Of a stretch of DNA of 32,980 nt, positions 23,037 through 32,666 are shown piece after piece; position 1 is the stretch's first letter; every line of letters begins with the position of its first letter. The notes beneath the pieces are model-generated. The model saw only the letters and a list, made by a program, of their open reading frames with translations. It ran no database searches and was not told the origin of the DNA. This DNA comes from Candidatus Thalassarchaeaceae archaeon. Its GTDB lineage: Archaea > Thermoplasmatota > Poseidoniia > Poseidoniales > Poseidoniaceae. The translations under genes were made by a program, and so were the position numbers. The DNA lies in contig CAUYXQ010000001.1 of assembly GCA_963577015.1 (NCBI GenBank), positions 1-32,980 on the forward strand, read 5' to 3'.

Positions 23037-24761
23037 GTGCCTGTCCAGTTGCGCGCAATAAATCTACCATCCAAACCGGGGGTCTATCTATTCAAGGATA
23101 ATAGTTCTCGTGTACTCTATGTAGGTAAAGCAACCGATTTACGAGAGAGAATTAAATCTTATTTCTCTAAGAACCCAGACCGGGCAATGATACCAGGCCT
23201 AATCGCTGCTGCTGAAGATGTTGACTTCGTAATCACCAACAACCCGCAAGAAGCTTTGATATTAGAACGCCAATTGGTCAGAGAACACAGACCGAGATAT
23301 AATTCGATGCTCAAGGATGACAAGTCATATCCTTTCATAGTAATAACCAAAGAAGAGATTCCACGTTTGCTCTATACCCGTCACCCACCAAAGAACTCAT
23401 GGATTTGGGGGCCTTTTGCCAACGCTGGTGCTGCTAAAACCGTAATCGGATTACTCAGACGCCATTTGGGATTACGTGACTGCAAGGAATTATTGCCAGA
23501 AGGATGCTTGTCCATGCATATTGGACTTTGTTCCGGACCGTGCATCGAAGTCGGAGATTATTCACAGAGGGTTAGAAGTGCTCGAGATATTCTCGATGGA
23601 CAAGCTCTGGGGTTGATAGAGGAACTCGCCGCTGAAATGGATACTGCCAGTGCTGAGATGGACTACGAGGCTGCAGCCATCAGTCGTGACAGAATCAAGG
23701 CGATACGAACTGTCCTAAGTCAGCAGATTATCGCATCTACGGTATACCGTGACTGCGATGCACTCGGTATCGCAGTTCAGGGCGATTTAGCGGCAATCGT
23801 GGTGATTCACGCCGATGATGGTATCGTCAAGGGACAGGAGACCTGGCCGATGATTCATCACAATGATCAGGGGCAGACTATTTCCACTTTCGTCGCAGAC
23901 CATTATTCCTCACGTCGACCACCAAAACTCCTACTACTGCCTACTCCAATCTCCGAAGTCTTACAAAAATGGCTCGACTCTAGGCGGGGGGGAAAGGTCG
24001 AGGTTAGAGTGCCGCAGCGCGGGGATTTTGCGGTTTTACGCAAGATGGCCGACCAAAATGCTAGCGTTCAAATTGACAACCTCAGTCGAAAGCGGGCGGG
24101 AAGTCTCGAACAAAGAGCAGCCGATGATGGAGCAAAATTACTCGCGGTTAATTCTCTTGACCACATCGTCTGTTTCGATATGGCACAACTGCAAGGTGAG
24201 GAGAGAGTAGGTGCTGCTGTGGTATTGCGCAATGGGCGACCTGCGAAAAAGGAATACCGCACATATATTGTCAAAGGCGAAGCGATAGATGACCTGCGAA
24301 TGATGCGCGAGGTTGTTGAACGATGGTTAAAACGTCAAGATCAGTGGCCTGATTTATTGTTGATCGATGGTGGACATACCCATCTTGACATCATCGAAAA
24401 ACTCTTGCTAGAACACGGTCTTTTGGATAGATTACCACTAGGGAGTCTAGCAAAGAGAGAAGAGACGTTGAGCCGCCCCAACAAACCGGATTTAGTGCTC
24501 GATGGTCGTGGGCGGGTCCTGGTTCACGCTCGTGATGAGGCACATAGATTCGTCAATACCTTCCATAGAAAACGTCGCTCTCGTCAGCGACTGAGTGACC
24601 CATTGACGATGGTTACAGGATTAGGCGCAAAGAAATTTCAGAGTTTACTGCGTCATTTTGGTGGTCGGCAAGGGATTCAGCACGCATCGATTAGCGAATT
24701 ACAGATAACTCCAGGAATTGGAAAATCATTGGCGATACGTATCTACGATGCCTTACATTGA
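23037..24761 (+). CDS. uvrC: Excinuclease ABC subunit C
   Basis: GIY-YIG domain: PGVYLFKDNSSRVLYVGKATDLRERIKSYF...ALILERQLVREHRPRYN. UVR domain: MDTASAEMDYEAAAISRDRIKAIR. C-terminal HhH: ITPGIGKSLAIRIYDAL. 574 aa with a GTG start. Confidence 0.95.
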   Translation: MPVQLRAINLPSKPGVYLFKDNSSRVLYVGKATDLRERIKSYFSKNPDRAMIPGLIAAAEDVDFVITNNPQEALILERQLVREHRPRYNSMLKDDKSYPFIVITKEEIPRLLYTRHPPKNSWIWGPFANAGAAKTVIGLLRRHLGLRDCKELLPEGCLSMHIGLCSGPCIEVGDYSQRVRSARDILDGQALGLIEELAAEMDTASAEMDYEAAAISRDRIKAIRTVLSQQIIASTVYRDCDALGIAVQGDLAAIVVIHADDGIVKGQETWPMIHHNDQGQTISTFVADHYSSRRPPKLLLLPTPISEVLQKWLDSRRGGKVEVRVPQRGDFAVLRKMADQNASVQIDNLSRKRAGSLEQRAADDGAKLLAVNSLDHIVCFDMAQLQGEERVGAAVVLRNGRPAKKEYRTYIVKGEAIDDLRMMREVVERWLKRQDQWPDLLLIDGGHTHLDIIEKLLLEHGLLDRLPLGSLAKREETLSRPNKPDLVLDGRGRVLVHARDEAHRFVNTFHRKRRSRQRLSDPLTMVTGLGAKKFQSLLRHFGGRQGIQHASISELQITPGIGKSLAIRIYDALH

Positions 24762-27700
24762 TCAATCGTATAGTTCGAGCAACTCTTGGTCAACAGCTCC
24801 GCCTGAAAAGCCGCTTCCACCCATATCCGCCCATGCATCTGCGCCTGAGCCTTCACCGGGACCACCTATTCCTCTGCTGCTATAGGAACCGCCAATATTG
24901 GCGAACTCAGAATCGGAGAGGCCACCTTTCTTTGACTTACCATCAAGCAACGCTGCTTTTGCTGCGAGTTTCTTGGCTTTCTTTTGCTTACGTTTGTATA
25001 CTCGCCAAACGATAAAAGAAATCATGATAGCGGGATATATCCAAATTTGACTGATGATATAACCCCAGGTTACTGTCAATGTGAAAGTGATGGTATCGCC
25101 TGCTTGTAATGCTTTGGTTTGGTAGGTGATCACCTGCCTGCCCTCATCGTTTATCTCCGCTATACCCTTGCCGCTCGCAGTGCTGAAATCAGCGAGAACG
25201 ATTCCTTTTGGCATGGTAAAAGTCAGCACACCGTCGAGATCTAGTTCTGCTTGCTCGTAAATGGTCATATCGATTGGGTCTACGGCCTGCTGAAACTCAG
25301 GTGCAGAGACTCCAGACAATGAGACATCGGCGAAACCCATCATTAAACCGCGACCCATACCCTGTGCGATATTACCCAGCATTTCCTGCATCGGATTGAT
25401 CAGCAGATTATCGGTGGTTATCGAAATCTTTGGATCACCGCTTGTGATTCCGGTAATACCATTGGCAACTCCGATGGTGAAGGTTACTTTAGGAATAGAA
25501 ATGCCAAATGAAATCGGTTCCAAATCGTTGATTGAAGCACCGGGGGTACCTATCGTCGCTGTGGTTGCGATTAGGAATGAGGAAAGGTCAAATTCCGTAA
25601 TCATTCCATCGCTTTCTGCCATCACTTCCTCAGTGGATTGGTGTAACATGGTGGTGATAGCCGGCCCTAAATCATCGGCGAATTTGGAAAATCCATCCGA
25701 GGAGACCTCGAGCACCAATTCATTATCATCACCGAGTGGTATCGAGGTGTTGAATTTCTCTTTGACATCGGGACCACCAGCAATATCGAGGACTAATTTC
25801 AATAGATCTGCAGGCAATACCTCGAGGTCAATCGACGCGTTTTCACTTGAAAGATTCTCTCGCACCTCATCGGGCACGACCACGCGATAAATCGAAACCG
25901 AAGCGTCGAGTGAAAAGGTGATTGAAATTGATTGAGTCCATTCGTTGATATCAAATGCAGCCAAATTAAAATTCAATTCACTGACAACACAGGTCTTTTC
26001 CAAAGCGGTACAAAGAACATCTGATTCTACGGGAGGATTGGCACAAACCCCATTATTCGAGCGGCAAATGGGATGATTCCAACTATAGGAACCGGCGCCT
26101 CCTAACTTCAAAGACATATCATCCTCCCCAGTCACTCTATCTATCAAAGTGATGGTTGAACTCTCTGATTCTGCTGCTATCCAACTAGGCAAAACGATCT
26201 CAAAAGTAATGTCGACCGAGGGCATATCGCTTCCGGCCATCATGTCGGTGAGGAATCCTTCGCCAAGTAAGGCATCGATGGTCAGACCACCATCGAGCAC
26301 CAACCCCAAATCGTTTTCATCGATCGCTTCAACAAGCCCGGTGGGATCTTCAGGAATCGCTTCTTTAATCATATTGAGTAATCGCATATCGAAGGTTTGA
26401 TTAGAAACCGAACGAAGATATATCGGATAAGCACTACTCATGGCGTTTTGGCCGGTTGTACAGAAGTAAATCGGGGTTTGTGGTGGTAGATTATTCATAT
26501 CTGGACAATTGGTATGGGTATAGTTCAAACCGCCATCACTATATCCCGGTAAATCATTACTCTCAGCCCAAGACATCTCGCTCATCGAAATAGTGGTGCC
26601 GGGCACTACCGCACTAAGGCCTTCGCCAACCATACTCATATCGAATTGGCCAAGCAGATCATCAAGGGTGGGAATCAAACCATTGTGATATGCCATACGG
26701 ATTCCATCTGAAGTAATCCATGGAATATATGCTGCTGAATCATTGTCGACAAGATTGACCCCCCAACTGGTCATCGTCGCTTCATCGATGTGTGAAAGTG
26801 TTGCCACGACTTCAAGAGTTGCTTCAGCCTCGTTCTCTAAATTGAGACTTATCTTTACCTCCATGCCAGGATCTGTGCTAGCGATAGAAACCCCCGGAGT
26901 AACCTGTGTCACCTTGTGACCCATGGTCAATTCAACTGTGCGGTTCATCGTGGTCGCACCATTGAGGTTGTTTAGAATCCAATATCCGGTATTGATGTTT
27001 TGCGAACGCTCTGTATGGAAATATGATGCTGCAGTTCCCGGATTACCATCGACAGCAATCACATCAGAATACGATGGTGGGATTATTCTAAAAGTCGAAT
27101 AAAAACCAGAATCTGCAAAGACCGAAAAATTGGTATCGATTTCAGCACCCATCACCAGCATTCCTTGAAAAGCACGTTCTAAGTCCTCGGGTGGAACATC
27201 GCCCAAACTAAAGGTCGAAGAACCCAAATCTACGGTCGCATCGGTGGAAAAGCAAATAGGTGGGTCGAATATCGTACTTCCAGGATTACCTTCATATGAT
27301 GAATCTGTGGTTTTATCGGTTGAACATTCTGTGGTGGTAACCCCGTCATTAAAGGAATTGATATAATTGGTTGCCACTGAATCTACACTGCCAAAACTGG
27401 TCAATAATTGGGCAACTGTGTTGTTCACAGATCCTATTAATTGATTTCTCACCGTATCGCCGCCAAGGTTTTCGTCGAACATATTTCGAATCATATCAGC
27501 AGGAGCACCTGAGGTATTTGCCATCCCTAGCAAAGTCAGATTTTCAGTCAAAGATTCATTGTCATCCATACCGAGAGTCGCTCGGTCGAATTCATAAATC
27601 GCCCAATTCATTTTCATATCAATGGTCGAGGTATCTATCATCTCAAAGATGAATTCCGCCTTAACCCAATCCGGTTGATTAGGGGTCAAATCGCCTGCAC

Positions 27701-27863
27701 CTGAATTATAATCATCACATCTATCACCATTATTTGGTGTATTATCACAAATCAAAAATCCTTCACCAGATGGAGCTGCCTCTACCTCGTCAACAAAGGG
27801 GAGTATAATCTGCAGCAAGAGGATGCACGAGAAGATAATTACTGTTCTTGACTTCACGCCCAC
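24762..27863 (-). CDS. 1033-aa orphan type-I surface protein (S-layer or envelope candidate) with a polybasic then Gly/Ser-rich cytoplasmic tail
   Basis: GTG start. Signal peptide KSRTVIIFSCILLLQIILPFVDEVEAA. Long Ser/Thr/Asp/Asn-rich ectodomain with paired cysteines. TM helix IWIYPAIMISFIVW followed by RVYKRKQKKAKKLAAKAALLDGKSKKGG...DQELLELYD. I recognise no known domain. Confidence 0.85.
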   Translation of the reverse strand: MGVKSRTVIIFSCILLLQIILPFVDEVEAAPSGEGFLICDNTPNNGDRCDDYNSGAGDLTPNQPDWVKAEFIFEMIDTSTIDMKMNWAIYEFDRATLGMDDNESLTENLTLLGMANTSGAPADMIRNMFDENLGGDTVRNQLIGSVNNTVAQLLTSFGSVDSVATNYINSFNDGVTTTECSTDKTTDSSYEGNPGSTIFDPPICFSTDATVDLGSSTFSLGDVPPEDLERAFQGMLVMGAEIDTNFSVFADSGFYSTFRIIPPSYSDVIAVDGNPGTAASYFHTERSQNINTGYWILNNLNGATTMNRTVELTMGHKVTQVTPGVSIASTDPGMEVKISLNLENEAEATLEVVATLSHIDEATMTSWGVNLVDNDSAAYIPWITSDGIRMAYHNGLIPTLDDLLGQFDMSMVGEGLSAVVPGTTISMSEMSWAESNDLPGYSDGGLNYTHTNCPDMNNLPPQTPIYFCTTGQNAMSSAYPIYLRSVSNQTFDMRLLNMIKEAIPEDPTGLVEAIDENDLGLVLDGGLTIDALLGEGFLTDMMAGSDMPSVDITFEIVLPSWIAAESESSTITLIDRVTGEDDMSLKLGGAGSYSWNHPICRSNNGVCANPPVESDVLCTALEKTCVVSELNFNLAAFDINEWTQSISITFSLDASVSIYRVVVPDEVRENLSSENASIDLEVLPADLLKLVLDIAGGPDVKEKFNTSIPLGDDNELVLEVSSDGFSKFADDLGPAITTMLHQSTEEVMAESDGMITEFDLSSFLIATTATIGTPGASINDLEPISFGISIPKVTFTIGVANGITGITSGDPKISITTDNLLINPMQEMLGNIAQGMGRGLMMGFADVSLSGVSAPEFQQAVDPIDMTIYEQAELDLDGVLTFTMPKGIVLADFSTASGKGIAEINDEGRQVITYQTKALQAGDTITFTLTVTWGYIISQIWIYPAIMISFIVWRVYKRKQKKAKKLAAKAALLDGKSKKGGLSDSEFANIGGSYSSRGIGGPGEGSGADAWADMGGSGFSGGAVDQELLELYD

Positions 27864-27872
27864 GCCCCCTAC

Positions 27873-28916
27873 ATGACTGGGACATTTATGTCGCTTATTG
27901 GATTTGGCCCCAATATGCCGAGTTCTCCTTTCGTATGGGCCTTGCGGGAGCAGGCCTCTGCAATCTATGCTAATCTCAAAAAAAACGGTGATTTAAACCC
28001 CAATTTAGCACCAAAACCCTTCGAATCCGGCATAGCAATCCCCACTTATACAGGAGAGAGAAATGAGGAGTTTGCTACTAGCCCAAGGAAACCGGACCCA
28101 CGACAGGATTTACGAATGGCAATACCTATTGGGGACCTACCGCAGAAATGGCAGAAAATCGGTGATCTCATTCTTTTCCCAGAGGGTTCATTCGCTGGCC
28201 GAAAAGACATCGATTGGCAAGCGGTCACAATCGCATTAAAGGTGAATAGAATCGGTTTACAAGCAGCGGTCGCAGAGGATTCTTCACGCAGATCAAAAGC
28301 CATTCTCCTCCACGGTGACAAAGGTGATGTCGAGCATTACGAAAACGGGATTAGCTATGTTTTCGACCCTTTTCAGGTGATGTTCTCCTCAGGGAATATC
28401 ACCGAGAGAATACGGATGGGTGAGATTGAGGCAAAAGACGAGATTATCGTCGATGCCTATGCTGGTATCGGTTACTACACCTTGCCATTCTTGGCCAAGG
28501 CTGGTGCAGCCCAAGTCCACGCCTGTGAGATGACTACAGCAAGCATCGAAGGCCTAGTAAAAGGATTGACTGCAAATGCAGTAGAGGGAAAATGCACGAT
28601 TCACCAAGGCGATAATCAAACCACCATGCCAAAACTCAAGGGTATCGCTGACAGGGTGATTCTTGGCTTATTGCCTTCAAGTGAAAAGACGTGGTCACTA
28701 GCCAGTGATTGTCTAAAACCAAAAGGAGGGGTAATTCACGTTCACATGAATATTCATAACCATGAATTGAAAACTTGGCCTGAGCAAACCAAAGAGTACT
28801 TTGCTAACTACTCCCATAGAAAAACCGAGATAATGCACCTAGAAATTGTCAAATCGTATTCGCCAGGAATCTCGCATGTGGTTCTCGATTTGAAAATGGG
28901 GCCTCTCGTAAAGTAG
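27873..28916 (+). CDS. taw2: Met-10+/Trm5-Taw2 superfamily SAM-dependent tRNA modification enzyme, most like the Taw2/TYW2 (wyosine-derivative acp-transferase) branch
   Basis: VDAYAGIGYYTLPFLAKAGAAQVHACEMTTASIEGL...IHQGDN...ADRVILGLLPSSEKTW...GGVIHVHMN...SPGISHVVLDLKM. The AGIGY(F/Y)TLP and LGL(I/L)PSSE motifs resemble TYW2 more than Trm5, as I recall them. The Taw2-versus-Trm5 assignment is uncertain. Confidence 0.75.
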   Translation: MTGTFMSLIGFGPNMPSSPFVWALREQASAIYANLKKNGDLNPNLAPKPFESGIAIPTYTGERNEEFATSPRKPDPRQDLRMAIPIGDLPQKWQKIGDLILFPEGSFAGRKDIDWQAVTIALKVNRIGLQAAVAEDSSRRSKAILLHGDKGDVEHYENGISYVFDPFQVMFSSGNITERIRMGEIEAKDEIIVDAYAGIGYYTLPFLAKAGAAQVHACEMTTASIEGLVKGLTANAVEGKCTIHQGDNQTTMPKLKGIADRVILGLLPSSEKTWSLASDCLKPKGGVIHVHMNIHNHELKTWPEQTKEYFANYSHRKTEIMHLEIVKSYSPGISHVVLDLKMGPLVK

Positions 28917-28924
28917 CCATAAGA

Positions 28925-28947
28925 CAAAACTTCCTGAAGAAGTTGTG
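28925..28947 (-). terminator. Candidate terminator hairpin in the only sizeable convergent gap (caaaacttc-ctgaa-gaagttgtg, 9-bp stem with one mismatch), followed on the minus strand by TTTTGTCTT
   Basis: Read directly from the sequence. On the minus-strand transcript (downstream of the cyclophilin gene) the stem is followed by a T-rich run. No T-tract follows it on the plus strand. Confidence 0.3.
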
Positions 28948-29000
28948 TCCATCTGTAATGGCGCGAACTTTCGGCGATTACTTCAATCGATAATGATTCT

Positions 29001-29948
29001 TCATTTGATCAATTTAGCGGCTAATATCTCCTGTTCTAAGATTAGAGGCGGTTCTACTTTGGCCAGGAACATCAATAGGATAATCAGCAACAATATCAAT
29101 ATTCCAGCCCCCATGCCTGCTTCTGATTGCATAACATTGACCAATGATTGTAACACCGATTCTTCAACCATTGGTGGTTCTTCTTCTTCGATAGGTGGCT
29201 CTTCGGGGTAAGCGATAATTCCTAACATCGAAACCTCGATGATTCGAGTTTCATAAACGGGTCTACCTGCTGAAGATGCTGGGTTATCAATCGAACTACC
29301 AGTAGGGTCGTCCGAGGTCGGCGTCAAGGCGATCGCTCGTACATGGGTCATGCCATCGCGGACGATACCGAATACGGCATAGTTACCATCGAGACTGTGC
29401 GCTTCGGTTTCGTCGATGAACCACTGTGAATCGGCACTATCCTCATCATTACCTCGGGCCATACCGATAGCGCCATCGACATGAGAGAGTTTTTCATGAA
29501 TCTCAAGCGGAATTGTCTCTCCGGTTCCTCCACTACCACAGGTAGGCGTTGTCACGGGATACGCTCCGACTGTCCTACAAGTCGGATCACCGGCTTGAGT
29601 GACGAAATCGTCTATTACCCGATGGAAAAAAGTGTCATCATAAAGATCGATTTCAATGTGCTCAATCATATTCTCGACTGAAATCGGTGCCCACTGCTCA
29701 AATAATTCGATGATTATCTCACCTTCAACCCGCGATTGCCCGTGTCCGGGAACATAACTGACATTGATTTGCATGAGAGGGTTTCCTGATGTGTTATTAT
29801 TCATAGGATTATTATCCTCGAGTATCGGTCCATCTTCCCAAGTGTTGGGATCGACCTCTCTTGAGCGCCAATCGCCATCATCACCGCCTTGAGCCACAGG
29901 CAAGGGCAGCAATACAAGAATACACAGCACCAACATCGCCCTGCGCAT
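29001..29948 (-). CDS. Extracytoplasmic, C-terminally membrane-anchored cyclophilin-type peptidyl-prolyl cis-trans isomerase
   Basis: Signal peptide MRRAMLVLCILVLLPLPVAQG. Cyclophilin motifs: FFHRVIDDFVTQAGDP, GAIGMARGNDEDSADSQWFI, NYAVFGIVRDGM. An acidic/Pro linker (EEPPIEEEEPPMVEE) is followed by the TM helix GAGILILLLIILLMFLA. Confidence 0.9.
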   Translation of the reverse strand: MRRAMLVLCILVLLPLPVAQGGDDGDWRSREVDPNTWEDGPILEDNNPMNNNTSGNPLMQINVSYVPGHGQSRVEGEIIIELFEQWAPISVENMIEHIEIDLYDDTFFHRVIDDFVTQAGDPTCRTVGAYPVTTPTCGSGGTGETIPLEIHEKLSHVDGAIGMARGNDEDSADSQWFIDETEAHSLDGNYAVFGIVRDGMTHVRAIALTPTSDDPTGSSIDNPASSAGRPVYETRIIEVSMLGIIAYPEEPPIEEEEPPMVEESVLQSLVNVMQSEAGMGAGILILLLIILLMFLAKVEPPLILEQEILAAKLIK

Positions 29949-30024
29949 GAAACACCCTGTAAATCGTCTGATTTCAACCCATCCTTAGAGTCATGCTGAA
30001 AAGCCAACCATAGCAGCGATTTGC

Positions 30025-30417
30025 ATGAGCGAAGATGTTGTGGTCAATACAAATTTGTTAAAATATGCAAAATGGTCTGTTATGGGAGTAGTTATTCTGA
30101 CCGTTGGTCAAGCGGCAACTGGACTGGGGCAAGTAACCACTACGATGTCGCTAGGGGCATCGCACACCTATGCTGCGCAAATTGGCTTACTGCTATCAGT
30201 AGCCGTAGTCGGCCTGATTATCGCCAGCAAAACCGAGGATAAAAAACTCAAAGGGATGGCTTTTGGCCTTGCTACTATGTGGTTGATTCAATACGGATTG
30301 GGAGAGATGTTTACCGTTAGTGACTTGATGCCAATGATTCACGCACCTTTGGCTTTGATGATTTTCGCTCATGGCCTCGCCTTGTTCAAATCCTTACCAA
30401 GCACTGAGACCGAATGA
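30025..30417 (+). CDS. Hypothetical small membrane protein (about 4 TM helices)
   Basis: 130 aa. Hydrophobic segments: WSVMGVVILTVGQAA, AAQIGLLLSVAVVGLIIA, MAFGLATMWLIQYGL, HAPLALMIFAHGLALF. I recognise no family. Confidence 0.5.
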   Translation: MSEDVVVNTNLLKYAKWSVMGVVILTVGQAATGLGQVTTTMSLGASHTYAAQIGLLLSVAVVGLIIASKTEDKKLKGMAFGLATMWLIQYGLGEMFTVSDLMPMIHAPLALMIFAHGLALFKSLPSTETE

Positions 30418-30451
30418 GACAAGCCTCATCAAGCAGCCATGCTTGGCACAG

Positions 30452-32296
30452 ATGATGCAAGAGGAAAGTAGCGCTGATACTTTCCGTGATAATAGTCAAT
30501 TCACTTTACAGGCTTTATTGGGTGCAAGTTTGGTTATAGCGGTTATTTTTCTTATTCTCGGTATCAATTTCGGTGAATTTGCCAAGAAGTTTGAACAAGA
30601 ACTCGATTGGTGGGAAGTTCCAATCGATCAAAGGCATACTTTGAATCTAGATCTCAATGGTAGCCGTTCGACACTCCCTGAAGCAGGCCCGTATGGAGTG
30701 CTTGATTATTCCACTCACTTTGTCGAGGTTGACCTACCATTATCCGAGCAGGATGCTGGATATCCTGAAGCAGCGGTAATGCACGTAGCACTCTGGTTAC
30801 CAGATGTACCTGAAGGAGTAAAAGTACCAGTGATAATGACCATCCATCCGTATTATGACTTTGGTGGTGAAGGTGCTCCAGGCATAGGAGGAGACTCTAA
30901 TCCAAATACTATTCCAGATGGTGGAGTTGGTTTGTGGCTTTATGAGAATTTCATTTCACATGGCTATGCTCTAGCCCAATCATCAACCTTTGGTACTGGG
31001 GAATCAACTCATTGTCAAGATGTAAAAGGACTTGGTGAACAAACCGGCATTCAAGCCGTAGTCGACTGGTTAGGAGTGCAAGAGTGGTCGAACGGTAATG
31101 TTGGACTAATGGGTAAATCATATGCTGGCACCACCAATTGGGAAGCGGCTCAACAACCAAGTGAATACCTGAAAACCATAGTTCCTATCTCTGGTTCTAT
31201 TGGAGTGCAAGAGATGTTCTATCGTAATGGTTCCTCCGAAGCTAGAGCCATGGGTTATGATGCAGCATATCAAGCGGCTACCAGTGATTTGGGAACCGAT
31301 GATATGCGTCTTTGTTCGGACGATATTATCGGGCCATTAAATCCCTTTAGCACATGGGGATGGGCTGAATTTGGTGGCGCTGATTGGAGTGATTACTGGG
31401 ATGAAAGGAGGCATCTGCCAGATGTTCTTGAGAATTATCGCGGTAGTGTCTATCTCGTCTGGGGATTACAGGATTGGAACGTTGACCCATACCATGCATT
31501 CCCTACCTATCAAGCACTACGAGATGTGGGGATTAATGCAAGGGCAATCGCTGGCCAATGGGCTCATAATTATCCCGACCAACCCACACAACACGGAACT
31601 TTAGGAAGTGGCTATGGTGCAGAGGCCTATCCAGAGATGTCACGTATGGATTGGGCGGTAGAACTCTACGGTTGGTTCCACTATTATCTCAAGGGCATCG
31701 GTGATGAGCCAGAGCCATATGTAACGGTTCAAACCAATCAAGGGCAATGGCACCTTGAAGAGACCTGGCCGCCTTCAGACATGAGTTGGAAAATGATAAC
31801 ATTGGACCAATCAGAAGGACAAGGGGGATTGGTCAGTTCACTATCATCGGTCGAGTTCACTATTCCTGCAGCCTCAGAGGAATTGCATATCTCTGGATTG
31901 CCAACCCTACATCTATCGGTACGTGCGAGTACCTGTAATGGTGGTCAGATATTTGCAACAATGTATGACGATACCGATGACTTACGCCTTGGTCATGCGA
32001 CCATGGATTTGCGATATAGAGACGGTGGTTATGATGCTAAGCCGGTCATCCCCTTACAGGTTTATACCATGTTGATGGAATTCAATCCGATGGACGTGGT
32101 TATCCCTGCGGGGCACGATATTCGTATTGAATTGAGTGAGAGTGGCGAGGATTACCTTCCAAGTTCTTGTGCTGCTATAGGACTGACTGTTATGCTAGAT
32201 GATTCTTCAACTCTTGGACTACCGCTTATCGACAGACCTATCGGTCATGAAACTTGGTTTGACCCATTACCATGGTGGGATTATCAGGAGTTGTGA
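30452..32296 (+). CDS. Membrane-anchored CocE/NonD family hydrolase / Xaa-Pro dipeptidyl-peptidase (MEROPS S15-like)
   Basis: The ORF opens at 30371 but overlaps the previous gene. The likely start is the ATG at 30452 (MMQEESS). TM helix LLGASLVIAVIFLILGINF. Nucleophile elbow NVGLMGKSYAGTTNW. The PVIMTIHPY and SGSIG blocks and a C-terminal beta-sandwich-like region are typical of S15/CocE proteins. Confidence 0.85.
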   Translation: MMQEESSADTFRDNSQFTLQALLGASLVIAVIFLILGINFGEFAKKFEQELDWWEVPIDQRHTLNLDLNGSRSTLPEAGPYGVLDYSTHFVEVDLPLSEQDAGYPEAAVMHVALWLPDVPEGVKVPVIMTIHPYYDFGGEGAPGIGGDSNPNTIPDGGVGLWLYENFISHGYALAQSSTFGTGESTHCQDVKGLGEQTGIQAVVDWLGVQEWSNGNVGLMGKSYAGTTNWEAAQQPSEYLKTIVPISGSIGVQEMFYRNGSSEARAMGYDAAYQAATSDLGTDDMRLCSDDIIGPLNPFSTWGWAEFGGADWSDYWDERRHLPDVLENYRGSVYLVWGLQDWNVDPYHAFPTYQALRDVGINARAIAGQWAHNYPDQPTQHGTLGSGYGAEAYPEMSRMDWAVELYGWFHYYLKGIGDEPEPYVTVQTNQGQWHLEETWPPSDMSWKMITLDQSEGQGGLVSSLSSVEFTIPAASEELHISGLPTLHLSVRASTCNGGQIFATMYDDTDDLRLGHATMDLRYRDGGYDAKPVIPLQVYTMLMEFNPMDVVIPAGHDIRIELSESGEDYLPSSCAAIGLTVMLDDSSTLGLPLIDRPIGHETWFDPLPWWDYQEL

Positions 32297-32306
32297 GAGT
32301 GATTTG

Positions 32307-32666
32307 ATGAAGGTTCTCGTCTTTGAGGATTCATTCGATATCGAAGCTCTACTAATCTCGGGTGGAGTGGATATAACAAAACTGGATCTATGTCAATTTA
32401 GGGACTCTTCTGATTATCTAACCAGAATTTCTGAGTTTGAGCCAGAAGTACTCATGCTCGACCACTTTATGCCGCCATTCACTGGATTGCAAGTGCTACA
32501 AGGGCTTATTCAAGCGATTGCAAAAGGTGCAAAAAGACCTGAGAAAATCATCGCCATCAGCAGTGCGAGTATGGCTAACGAACGTATGCGGCAATGTGGA
32601 GCCGACCTTGCTATTCGCAAAGATCACCTCGCCACTCTAGAAATCTGGCCCCGAATCAGCACCTGA
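32307..32666 (+). CDS. Stand-alone response-regulator receiver (CheY-like) domain protein
   Basis: The start is the ATG at 32307, 10 nt after the peptidase stop (the ORF track extends to 32199). MKVLVFEDS is the acidic pocket. VLMLDHFMP carries the phospho-acceptor Asp. KIIAISSAS carries the conserved Ser/Thr. DLAIRK carries the conserved Lys. Confidence 0.8.
   Translation: MKVLVFEDSFDIEALLISGGVDITKLDLCQFRDSSDYLTRISEFEPEVLMLDHFMPPFTGLQVLQGLIQAIAKGAKRPEKIIAISSASMANERMRQCGADLAIRKDHLATLEIWPRIST

Noticed and set aside
21665-25890. Other long nested or antisense ORFs in this stretch, for example 21665-22036 (+, 123 aa), 23863-24210 (+, 115 aa) and 25396-25890 (+, 164 aa). Similar ones elsewhere include 4063-4512 and 8730-9074.
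   Set aside because: Each is wholly inside a long gene that has clear domain signatures, on the opposite strand or in another frame. The sequences are low-complexity and no independent signals support them.
27978-27985. A8 homopolymer inside the Taw2-like gene, as a potential slippage or frameshift site
   Set aside because: The reading frame is intact through it (NLKKNG). No alternative frame continues productively, so there is no evidence for programmed or mutational frameshifting.
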